From Malacoraja senta (taxonomy: Eukaryota), in assembly GCA_038087875.1 (NCBI GenBank), contig CM075990.1:10292001-10356000 (forward strand): a stretch of DNA of 64,000 bases, in the 5' to 3' direction. The notes under the pieces were generated by a model. The model was given only the letters and a program-made list of their open reading frames with translations. It ran no database searches and was not told the DNA's origin. The position numbers were made by a program, and so were the translations under genes. Numbering within the stretch: the stretch's first letter is position 1; each line of letters opens with the position of its first letter. Below, piece by piece: positions 50,688 to 61,680 of this stretch.

Positions 50688-51492
50688 TAACTCTCCTTCT
50701 CTCCCCATAGATGCTGCCTGTCTCACTGTGAACTTCCAGCATTTCCTGTTCTTAATTTAGCTTTCATTTTATTTTGGAAGAAAAATAAATCTATTCCTAT
50801 GGGGAAGAGAAGTGTTTTGAATTGGAAGCAAAGTGTAAGATTCTAAACGTTAACAATTATAGTTCTTACAGCATTATCCTTGCTTATGGAATATTTAAAT
50901 AATATTATTACTAATTGTCAATAGAAGACTGGGGACCACAACATTGCTAATAATGTTGGCAAGTTGTCAAGAACATTGCAGCTTGGAACCATGAGGTTTG
51001 TAATAGAGTTCCTAAAGGGATATGTCTGCAAAAACAGCAGTCTCAATGATTAACAAGGAGATGCTTATCAGATTTTTATTTCACTTCTATTGAGCTGATG
51101 CAAAAACTAACTGTAAAGATACCACACACACACACAAACCACACACACACACAAACCAGAGATACAAACACAATGCATAAATAAAACTCTTACACATACC
51201 ATAATGGGCATAAGTACATAGATACATATACAAACACATTGATTGACTTCATTATCTGCACAACAAGTTGTTTCTAGATAGTTATCCTCCCTGATTTCAC
51301 ACAGGCAGTATTATTCTCATGAATGAAAGTACAATGAAAACTTGATCGCCTTGCCTAGCACGTACCAGCGAACTGGAGCACAACATGTCAGCCATTGTCA
51401 GCTTATACTTCTTCAATGCTAACTTGCAGGATTGATGCATAAGGCATGTGTCATTATCATAATCTCACTGGTTATCAGGGCTGTAGGTTCCA

Positions 51493-51792
51493 GGGATGGC
51501 ACGGTGGCGCAGCGGTAGAGCTGCTGCCTTGCAGCGTCAGAGACCAAGGTTCGATCCTGACTATGGGTGCAGTCTGTACGGAATTTGTACATTCTCCCCA
51601 TGACCTTTGTGGGTTTTCTCTGAGATCTTCGGTTTCCTCCCACACTCAGGGTTAATTGGCTTGGTATGAATGTAAAATTGTCCCTAGTGTGTGCAGGGTA
51701 GTGGTAATATGCGGGAATCGCTGGTCGGTGCGGACTCGGTGGGCCGAAGGGCCTGTTTCTGCACTGTATCTCTGAACTAAACTAAACTAAAC
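51493..51792 (+). mobile_element. V-SINE (HE1-like), full length
   Basis: Same layout as 40680-40982. Confidence 0.9.
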
Positions 51793-51999
51793 ATTATGAG
51801 GCTTGATGGCCAACATCTTTTGATCCCTTGAACAACATCAAAGGCAGATCGCACAGACACTGGACAAAACAACAACAGTGTGTCATTTTACAGATTACAA
51901 CTAGAGTTTTACAAGCCTTCCTTTTTAAGTTTCTTGTGAGTCATAACCATCAGTATCAGTAACTGAATGAGTAGTCTAGTAACCAGCTAGAAGTATTTT

Positions 52000-52415
52000 T
52001 GAAGACAAATACAAAATGCTGGAGTAACTCAGCGGGTCAGGCAGCATCTCCGGAGAAAAGGAATAGGTAACGTTTTGGGTCGAAACCCTTCTTCAGACTG
52101 AGAGTCAGGAGAGAGGGAACTGAGAGATATGAAAAGGTACATAGAACGAATTAATGAAAGATATGTAAAAAGACAGATCAAAGCCAGCAATGATGATCAA
52201 GGAAAGGTGGAGCATTGGTTGATTGTTGGCTGTGGGGAAGGTGTTAACAAGTAATGCAAACTGCAACTCAGCAGGTTGACAGTAAAACGAGTGTGACAAC
52301 TAGGGTGGGGGAAGGACGGAGAGAGAGGTGGTGCCAGGGTTACTTGAAGTTATGGAAAGCAATAATCATGGTGCTGGGTTGTAAGCTTCCCAAGTGAAAT
52401 ATGAGCTGCTGTTGC
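52000..52415 (-). mobile_element. Penelope 3' end (ORF end, UTR and hammerhead core)
   Basis: Minus strand runs from PLE ORF-end-like sequence through the UTR to CTGAAGAAGGGTTTCGACCCAAAACGTT and the terminal arm. Confidence 0.7.
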
Positions 52416-53250
52416 TCCCTACACTGTTTTAAGGTACCCACCTGCTTCAAGAAGACCACCATCATCCCAGTGCCAAAGAAAAGCAAGATTTCATGCCTAA
52501 ATGACTACCGTCCAGTGGCCTTCACATTCACCATCATGAAGTTTTTTGAGAGGCTGGTTATGGAACGCATTAAATCCAGTCTACCAACCCAGCTTCGACC
52601 CACTGCAGTTCATCTACCTCCACAACAGGTCACAGCTGATGCCATCTCCCTGGCCCTATACTCATCCCTGGAACATCTTGATAAGAGACATTTATGTCAG
52701 ACTTCCACTCATAGACTACAGCTGTGAATTTAACACCCACTCTACAGATGTGCCGCAAAAAAACATTTTATCGGGTTGCATCACAACCCCATCCAAAACC
52801 ACAAGAAATTGCAGAGAATTGTGGACGCAGCTCAGACCATCACACAAACCGACCTCCGTTCCATTGACTCCATTTACCCTTCATCCTGCCTTGGCAAGGC
52901 CACCAGCATCATCACGGAGGAGTCTCGCTTTCCTTTCTCCCCTCTCTCATCAAGCAAGAAGTACAGAAGAATGAAAACACACACCTCCAACTTCAGGGAC
53001 AGTTTCTTCTCAGCTGTTATCAGGCAACAGAACGATCCAATCAACAACTAGAGAGCAGTCTTGAACTATTATGTACCTCACTGGATACCCTCGGACAATA
53101 TTTAATCGGACTTTACTGGACTTTATCTTGTCCTAAACTTTATTTTCTTCATCATGTATCTGTACACTGTGGATGGCTCGATTGTAATCATGTATAGCCT
53201 TTCCACTTTTCAATGTACCTCGGTACACGTGACAATAAACTAAACTAATT
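52415..53250 (+). mobile_element. Rex1/Babar LINE, internally deleted
   Basis: [29 protein letters not shown] joined directly to the ORF end (KKLQRIVDAAQTI...RDSFF); tail GTGACAATAAACTAAAC. Confidence 0.9.
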
Positions 53251-54088
53251 AACTAACATACACATGCATGGAATGAAATTAGTTGAAATAAATGCAAGAC
53301 AAATGAAGAACTTATTTTTTTTTTTCAAAAGGCCTGTAGAAACCCTTGGGGCATCAAGCTGTGGCATGAAATGGGTCATGTTGATGAGATCTCCATGCAT
53401 TAAAATTATAGTGTTTGTGTTTAGAGGTTCGCTGGAAAGGAGTTGAAAGCATTTAGGTGCTATATACCAGAAAGGTACTGAAACTCCCATCTTTTCCATT
53501 AAAGAATAAAGGAAAAAAGGAGTAAACCCAACAAAAACAAATAAATGAAACCATCTTGAAATGTGATTTTTTTCCAGCTTTTTTTCAAGGCCTCAGGTCA
53601 TTCAATGACTTTGGCAGAAATTCTGTCTGGGCTCATATTACTGATGGGCTGGAACAAATTTGATAATGGTTTGCATGTGGTTAATTTAGTACAAGAAAAG
53701 AAGTCATTTTCAGTGAAAAGAAAATCCGTACATTTTGCATCCTAATGTTTTCCTATGTAAATGTAACCAACGAGCCAATGTGACCTCTTTGTCCTTGGCC
53801 CTGTGGAATGACATCAAAGTATTTCCCACTATTCTCTGTCCATGTGCCTGAAAAGACATCAAAGGTACTCTACTTTATACTCAAGTTACAGAGCTAAACA
53901 TATGCACTGTGGAACATGGTAAGTTGGCATTCTATAAAATGTTACATAGAGTAAAAAGCAAAATGGTGAGGCTTGTTTACCAGACATCTAAACAAATTTA
54001 TTTAAAACGAATGCACTATGACAAGGCAAGTGAGGTGTGTAATATCTAATTTGTTAAAGCTGCCTAAACATGGCGGTTTAGGAGCTAA

Positions 54089-54229
54089 CAAAATGTGTAG
54101 GAAAGAACTGCAGATGCTGGTTTACACCGACGAAAGACACAAAATGCTGGAGTAACTCAGCAGGTCAGGCAGCGTCTCTGGAGAAAAGGAATAGGTGACG
54201 TTTCAGGTTGAGACCCTTCTTCAGACTTT
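54089..54229 (-). mobile_element. Penelope-terminus-derived element with hammerhead core
   Basis: 14-bp TSD GGTTTAGGAGCTAA (54075-54088 / 54230-54243). Confidence 0.85.
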
Positions 54230-55244
54230 GGTTTAGGAGCTAAGTTTGATTGGAAGCAAAGTAGAATGATTGGTTTCTGAATGTGGAAGACATCATATAA
54301 AACAAAGGGGATATGGAATGTTAGTTTTGAGTAGCACTTGTTACTGCATTTGTGGTTTCATTCAGTTGGATGGTCTGCGGATCAAAGCAAAAATTAAACC
54401 TTAAATTATGATCTGGAACATCAAGCAATTGGAGATTCTGTTGCTCATGATGGATCCAGAAATTGCAAATTGACCTGAGAATTGCAGACCAAATGTTTGT
54501 GTCAAATATTGCTGTGAAGCCTTGGGATAATGCGATGCTATCTTATCATTTGTGACAATGTGGCTGGAAGGCTGAATGCCAACTCCAGATGTTTTTAAAT
54601 TGGAGTAAATAACCCTGAGCAGCAAAGGATGAAATGGCGTAACTTTGTTTTGAATGAGATGTGAAGACCCTGCAATCAATTTTTTAAACTGAAATCTCTT
54701 GAAAACAACCCTTTGGATACAAAGATTTATTTTTAAACAAACTTTCGAGTCCTTGCTGCGAGGATAGTTGAAAGCAGAATAATGTCTATTTTAAGAAATA
54801 ATTAGATCTTGTTATAAGCAAACTGTAGAACTGGTTCTCTTCTAGATGGAGATTAAATGGATTGTGAGGCTTCCAACATCTAAATCTATCCTTAGATGCT
54901 GATTAACAAGGGCACAGGTGACTTCACCATCTCTCCTCTGGCATTTCTAAATGCTCTTTTCTAGAAGATGCCTGGTTGCTTTCCTGTTATGTTCTGAATG
55001 TCTGCAACTTTCTTATGGTGCTTGGTTTTATAATGAGGTTGTCTTCACCTAAACAAAATAACTAATTCATTATGAACTGTCTGAGGAACACCTAAGAACT
55101 GGAAAGATATTCTCAAAAAGGTAGACAGTCGACAATATATGACAGATTAATACAAACCAACAATAGTTTTGGCTTCCCCTGAATAAATAAAAAAAGATAT
55201 TCGGTAATCAAAAATATAAAATAATAGATTACAATTGCTCCAAG

Positions 55245-55460
55245 ACTGTTTTTTGTCCCTTCAGCTGTTTTGCCTCTAAGTTCTGGAAATCCTTACTTGA
55301 GTCCCTGAGCCTCCATCCGACTCTTTCCTTCTTTAAATTCCTCTTTGAAACCTAACTCTTCAATCAAGTTTTTGATCACCTGTTTAATATCTCCAAAGAT
55401 GGAGTGCTGTAAATTTTGTTCGATAATGTAGAGTTATTTTATTGTTATGCTAGGTTCATT
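55245..55460 (+). mobile_element. L2 LINE 3' end
   Basis: CCTTCAGCTG..GCCTCTAAGTTCTGGAAATCC..CCTTCTTTAA..AAACCT..CTCTTC (AFS..AP.LWNSLP..FK..LKT.LF pattern). Confidence 0.6.
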
Positions 55461-56025
55461 CATTTCCTTTTTAAAACCACTGTGCTTATCTTCACTTTAA
55501 GGTGTTGCATAGTTTAGGCATGATCAGCAATGCATGCAAGGTAATAAAGAGCCAAAACCAAAGTGTAGGAGGACACAAGGGACTGCAGATGTTGGTTTAC
55601 AAAAAAAAGCACAAAATGCTGGAGTAATTTGGTGGGTCAGGCAGCATCTCTAGAGAACATGAATAAGTGACGTTTCAAGTCAGGATCTTCAGCGGCTCAG
55701 GCAGCATCTGTGGTGGGAATGGCTAGATGGCATTGCGGGTGGAAACGCTTCTTCAGACTGAATGCTGTTGGTCTATTCCCTTCACAGATGCTGTCTGACC
55801 TGCTGAGTTCCCTCAGTACTTTGATTTTTGCTTGGTTCCAGCACCTGCACTCTCTTGTGTCTGCATGTGGCAATAAAGAAAACAGCCCTTACGTCCATAT
55901 GCTTAGAAATGAATGCATGCAATTAATCATAGATACATGAGCCAAACCATCGTATTTTAAAAGCAGTGTTCCTGCAAAAAGCCTTGGGATGTTTTATTAC
56001 GCTATAGGTACTATATAAATACAAG

Positions 56026-56221
56026 ATAGACACAAATTGCTGGAGTAACTCAGCAGGACAGGCAGCAAATCTGGAGAGAAGGAATGGATGACATTTCCGG
56101 TCGAGACTCTTCCGAAACATCTCCCATTCCTTCTCTCCAGAGATGCTGCCTGTCCCACTGAGTTACTCCAGCATTTTGTGTCTAGCTTTGGTTTAAACTA
56201 GCATCTGCAGTTCCTTCCTAC
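56026..56221. mobile_element. Penelope-terminus-derived fold-back element
   Basis: 16-bp TSD ACTATATAAATACAAG (56010-56025 / 56222-56237). Confidence 0.85.
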
Positions 56222-58318
56222 ACTATATAAATACAAGTTGTTGTTATTTTGTGAAACAGTCCAAGCAGTATTAGCAAATTTTTCCCCGGAAAACTATCAT
56301 TAGCTGCATATAATACACAGCACTGAATCCTGAAACTAGAACAACCTACTCAATATAAATAATGTTTGATGGTTAGAAGGTCATAGAACATACAGTAGAA
56401 TTAATGCCAAGATAAACTAATCTCATCTGCCTGTACATGATCCATATCCCTCCATTCCCTGCATATACATATGAGAAGGAATCTTATCACAACCGAGGTC
56501 CTACATGGAGCATGGAACGCACAACACAAAACATAGAACAGAGAAAAGTATAACACAGGAACAGGCCCTTCGGCCCACAATGTCTGTGCCAAACATGATG
56601 TAAGATAAACTAAAACTCATCATCGCCTATGTATACTATTCTTCCACGCCACCATCTTAGTAGTTCCACTCCTTTAACTCCCAACACACCTGGCAGAATG
56701 GCTTAAGAATCACCACACTCCCAGAGAGAGCCAAGGACACGATTCGAGGCTGAGGTTCAGTAACAATAGATAATATTTTGGTACTACTTGACCCAATGAA
56801 TTCTTAATGGCAACAAACGAATGACTTTCATGAATATAAGCCATCAGTGTTGAAAAATGTAAGGACGGAATTCAGAGAGGTGTAGTAACATTTTGGAGGG
56901 TGAGCAGAAGGTCAAAAGAGTGAATTAAAAGAAGGAAGTAGAGGTGAAGGAGTTTAATGATCAACTACTAAATCTTACTTTGCTTCAAGAGCACATCTAA
57001 CTAAGCCCATAAATGCTAGCACATTTATAATCAAAATAATTAATGATTTCATAAATTATAAGGGAACATTGTCGTTGAACATATGTTTAAGATCTTTATT
57101 TTAAAAGCCACAAAATACAATGCAGAAATCTGTCTGAACTGCTGAATCTTTGCTATCTGTGCCTGAAGACTTGTATCTTAATCTATTATTAATTCTACAT
57201 AAATTGTACAATCACCTGCTTGGTGATTGCCTAAACAGCTTTACGATGACTGCAAAGGTAATGTACAATCAAAACCAGGTTCACATTAAAAGCAATCAGA
57301 GTACACAGTGAAAAATATTATGGAATTAGTTGGTGACTCCCTTTTATATTTCTGGTGCTGAAAATCAGTTAAACATAAAGATAAAGAGAATTCTTAATGT
57401 TTTAAATTAAAGCATTCTTCTTGTACACAAGGTATATGACAGATGAACATAGTAGAGGTCTTTATATATTTTTTAATTTAAAGCTTATTTATTCCCATGG
57501 TTATATTTTGTTATTTCTTTCAGATTTCCTCTATAATCTTTCCTATGATACATCCATTTTGGTGCAACATTGTTTTGTGGGGTCACATTTAATACTTTTC
57601 TTTGCACTGTTACACTGCCAGACATCAAAAGTCAGTAAAGTCAGGGATTGTGCTGTGTTGAGGTCACCAAAACAATGGGTAAACCAAATATAGATCAGTT
57701 GGATAGGCCACAAACCAGAGATAATTGGAGAGTAAGCTGTCTTCAACAATAGTCAGTTGGAGAGCCCTTCTGAGTGGTTTGAAACCCAGCCAAGAAATTA
57801 ATGGAACATAATTCCATTAACGTAGAGATAGCATCTGTGGAATATAAACCAAACCACAAAACCAAGTTTTTAACCTGTTCGATGTGCAGTGCAAATCCCT
57901 TCTCATAAGATGTCTGTTCAGTAACTTGAATCGCGTTTAATATTAGAATTAATTTCACCAACAAGAATTAATTCAAGAATCCTAGATCAGAAACAGCCAA
58001 TCATCTTACTCACTTAGATGTCACTGAGTAAATGGTTGCGAAGAAGTTGTTACTTTGTATATATATTGAAAATAAAAATATAGTACATTACATTTTATGC
58101 CTATTTCAGAACATCCAAAGGCATTTTGCAGTAAATGGAGGACCTTTGAATGCAGCTGCTGCTGTAATGTAGGAAACTTTGGGCAGGTAGACGACAATCT
58201 CATATCAACGCAAGTAGCAAGACTAGCTTAGAAAGTGCAGTGCTTTGTCAGACCTCTGCTGGAGTGGTGGACGAGCATCAAACCCAAGGCACTAGGGTGT
58301 GACTTGAACCTGGAGATT

Positions 58319-58420
58319 GCCTATGGATAAACTAGTCTGAAAGTGCCTGATCTTCTCTGATCTCTGAAGCTAAGCAGGCTCAGGTCTGGTTAGTACTTGG
58401 ATGGACGATTGCCTGGGAAT
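58319..58420 (+). pseudogene. 5S rRNA pseudogene, 3'-truncated
   Basis: GCCTATGG...TGATCTCTGAAGCTAAGCAGGCTCAGGTCTGGTTAGTACTTGGATGG...GCCTGGGAAT aligns to 5S rRNA positions ~1-100. Box C mutated, last ~19 nt and T-run terminator absent, single dispersed copy. Confidence 0.9.
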
Positions 58421-59216
58421 TGCCTGACGATTGAATCCTGGATCAGGATTGTAATATAGTACTTTGATGTTTAGTTGTAAGGAATATTTGGCCAGTTTTG
58501 TGTTATGGTTGCACGTGTTTTGTTATAGTTTGATGTGTAAAAACGATTGGAAATAACTGAATACGTTTAATTTTGTAGAATAAAAGATCCTTCTCACATT
58601 GTGCTACCTCAGCTGATGTTTTCACAAAAGTGGGATGTGATCACATTATGTTACTGGTTTGCAACCTTCTACCTGCCCACTTCACATTCGTTCTGCTCAT
58701 TGACCTTTTCATCTGTGACAGAAACCTCGTGAAATGTGTGAAATGGTTTTTGCTTATATTTATCTTGTCAGATCAAGAATGTGCCTTGCACAAAATTTCA
58801 TTGCCACGTTATTGTTCTGCAAGTAATCAGGAAGAGAATTAGATTTCATTGCAAGAGAGATGGTTGCTTCAACTTTGAGGGGCTCTGGTGAGAACATTTA
58901 CATTACTGTCTTTAATTTTAGTCCCCCCTATGCAAGGTAAGGGATAGTTCATTTGTTTCCTTTAATAGAGGGATCAACAAATATGTGGCATAGGTTAAAA
59001 GCAAGAAGAATTTTTTTCATGCAGTGTGTGACAAAAGTCTGGTACTCACTGCCTAGAAGGGTGATAAACACAAAGTGCTACAAACTCAACGGGTCAGGCA
59101 ACATCTCTGGAGAAAAGGAACTGGTGACGTTTCAGGTCGGAACCCTTCTTGTCAAGGTAGAAAACATAATGAAATTTAAACACTACTTCGACTCTGCTTT
59201 TACAGTAATAAAATGT

Positions 59217-59420
59217 ATTTTATTAATACATTTTATGTTTTAAACTTTCATATTTTTTTTAAATATTTTTAAAAATTCAAAAAATTTGTGAATCTAGTCT
59301 TTAATTATTTAGAGGCGGCCGTCTCTAAATAATTAAAGACTAGATTCACAAATTTTTTGAATTTTTAAAAATATTTTAAAAAAAGATGAAAGTTTAAAAC
59401 ATAAAATGTATTAATAAAAT
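59217..59420. repeat. 204-bp spacerless AT-rich palindrome
   Basis: Two 102-bp arms centred at 59318/59319 (agaggcgg|ccgtctct), 3 mismatches by manual comparison. Confidence 0.95.
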
Positions 59421-60049
59421 TAGGTGGTCAGGCCCTTAGACAGCTTAAGCAGCTCATGGGACAATGATCTGCCATAGACACCAACAGCAAGGAATGATAT
59501 GCGTACCAACACAACATAGTCGGCTAGAGAAAACATGTACTTGCAGACCTTGCACCTGTAATGCTGAGGACATACAGGTAGTACTGGCAGTGAGATTAGG
59601 TTGAGGGGTTCTTTTGCGACCTGATACAGACACGAGGGGACAAATGGCCTCCTTCTGTGTCATGCATTTTCTAGGATTCTCTAAGAGGAGCATCATTATT
59701 CCTTAGGAGAGCCAAAAACAGGGCACTGTTCTGAGTTATCTCATGCTCTGCGGCTGTTCAAATGTGAGTCTTTTTACTTTTGCAAATAATGAAATCATCG
59801 GTTGACATTTATCACTCAATCAAGATAAACCCCATTTTTTTATGTTTTGCCAGCTGCTTATAACATCTTTCATGCAGCTGGAGACAGAGAGTTGGAGCAG
59901 TCAGGGAGGAATTAGGCTGGTGACTGAAGCATTGGTCGAAGAGATAAGGTCTGAAGTGTATTTATAATCCAAAGGGGCCTAAGGAAGGAGCTGCTGAGTA
60001 AGATGCAGCAGATTACTGCCTTCATCCAAATATCTGTATGGGCACTTAC

Positions 60050-61680
60050 TATTTCTTTCATTTTTCAGGATCTGTGCTGTATTTATTGCCCGTCACTACT
60101 TGCCCTTGCGAAGATGACGGTGAGCTGCCGTCTTAAACAACTACTGTGCTCTGGTAGAGGTATTTCAACAGTGCTGTAAGGCAACAAGCTCCAGGATTTA
60201 AACCCAGAGATGATGTAGGAATGTAGTCAACATGGTGTGTGACTTGGAAGAGACCAGGCTGTGCTAGTTAGTAGCTTAGCCATGTACCTATTGCCCATGC
60301 CCTCCTTGGTGGTAGAGATGGTGGGCTTTGAAGATGCAGCCAGAATAGCTCATACGAGGTATTTGTAGTCTTTGCTCAAAGCACTAGTGGTAGCAGGAAT
60401 AAATCCTTGAGGTGGCATGTGAATTAATAATCTAATGAATTGGTTTGTCCTGGATGTTGCCAACTTTCTTGAGAGTTGTTGGAGCCAGGCAGGCAGAGAA
60501 AACACTGTCACATCTACTAGATGGTGTAGGCGGTTTTGAGAAATGAGGAAGCGAGTTACTCATCTCAGAATACCAGTCTGTGGCCTGTTCATGTAGCCAC
60601 TTGATATCTGTAGCTAATCCAGTTGAATTTATTGTTGATGATAAGTCAAGGTAATGAGACATATTCCTGTTGGGTGTGGTGGAAACATTGCTTGCCAATT
60701 CCTGAATCTTGACCGGATCCTTGTCTATGTATGTTTGAACTCCTCTGGTTTCCGACATGTTGCAAATGGAATTGACTGTTCACACTTCTGATCTTCTGGT
60801 GAAAAGACATTTCTTGATGAAGCAGCTGGAGATCTTTTATTCTAGAACAAAGCCCTGAGAATGGTCAATGATGAACTGGGGCTGGGATGAATGACCAACA
60901 AATGTAACCATCTTGCTTTGTGTGAAGGAAAGAACTGCAAATGCTGTTTTAAACCGAAGATAGACACAAAAACCCGGAGTAACTCTACACATTTCGGATC
61001 AAGACCCTTCTTCAGACCTGTCTTCAAGAAGGGTCTCAACCCAAAATGTCACCTATTACTTCTCTCCAGAGATACTGCCTGTCCAGCTGAGTTACTCCAG
61101 CTTTTTGTGTCTATCTATGCATTGTGTGAAGTGTGACTCCAGCCATTGGAATATTTTCTCTTTCATATGCAGTGACCTCAATATTATTATGGCACAGTGA
61201 TGCTATTTTTGCTCTAATCGTGCCTTGATATTAAGTGCAGTGACTCTTACTTCTGATCATTAAAGCGAGATTGTTGTGAGGATTGGAGCCAGGTAATTTT
61301 ATCAAAACACAAACTGGGCATCAGTGAATTATTGGTGAGCAAGCGCTTGATAGCGCTGTCAACGACACTCTCCATTACTGTCGCAGCGTTTAAGAAACAA
61401 TTAGACAGGTACATTGATAGGACAGCTTTAGAGGGATTTGTGCCAAACGCAGGCATGTGGGACTGGTGTTGTTGGGACATGTTGGTCAGTGTAGGCAAGT
61501 TGGGTCAAAGGGCCTGTTTCCAGCTGTATGATTCTATGACTCTAGTGGAAATCAACTGGGCTGAACTTGTCCTGCTTTTGCGGATAGGGAATACCTGGGC
61601 AATTATTTTACAATGTCCCTGTGTTGTTACTCTATTAGTACAGCTTGGCCAGAGGTTTGGCGACTTCTGGAACACAGGCC
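60050..61680 (-). mobile_element. Old LINE of the 34290-35265 family with nested younger insertions
   Basis: Reverse-complement tail near 60080; interrupted by a PLE-derived element and a CR1 tail. Confidence 0.55.
60919..61120. mobile_element. Penelope-terminus-derived fold-back element
   Basis: Inverted arms with two opposed hammerhead-core remnants; TTGTGTGAAG repeated at both ends. Confidence 0.75.
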
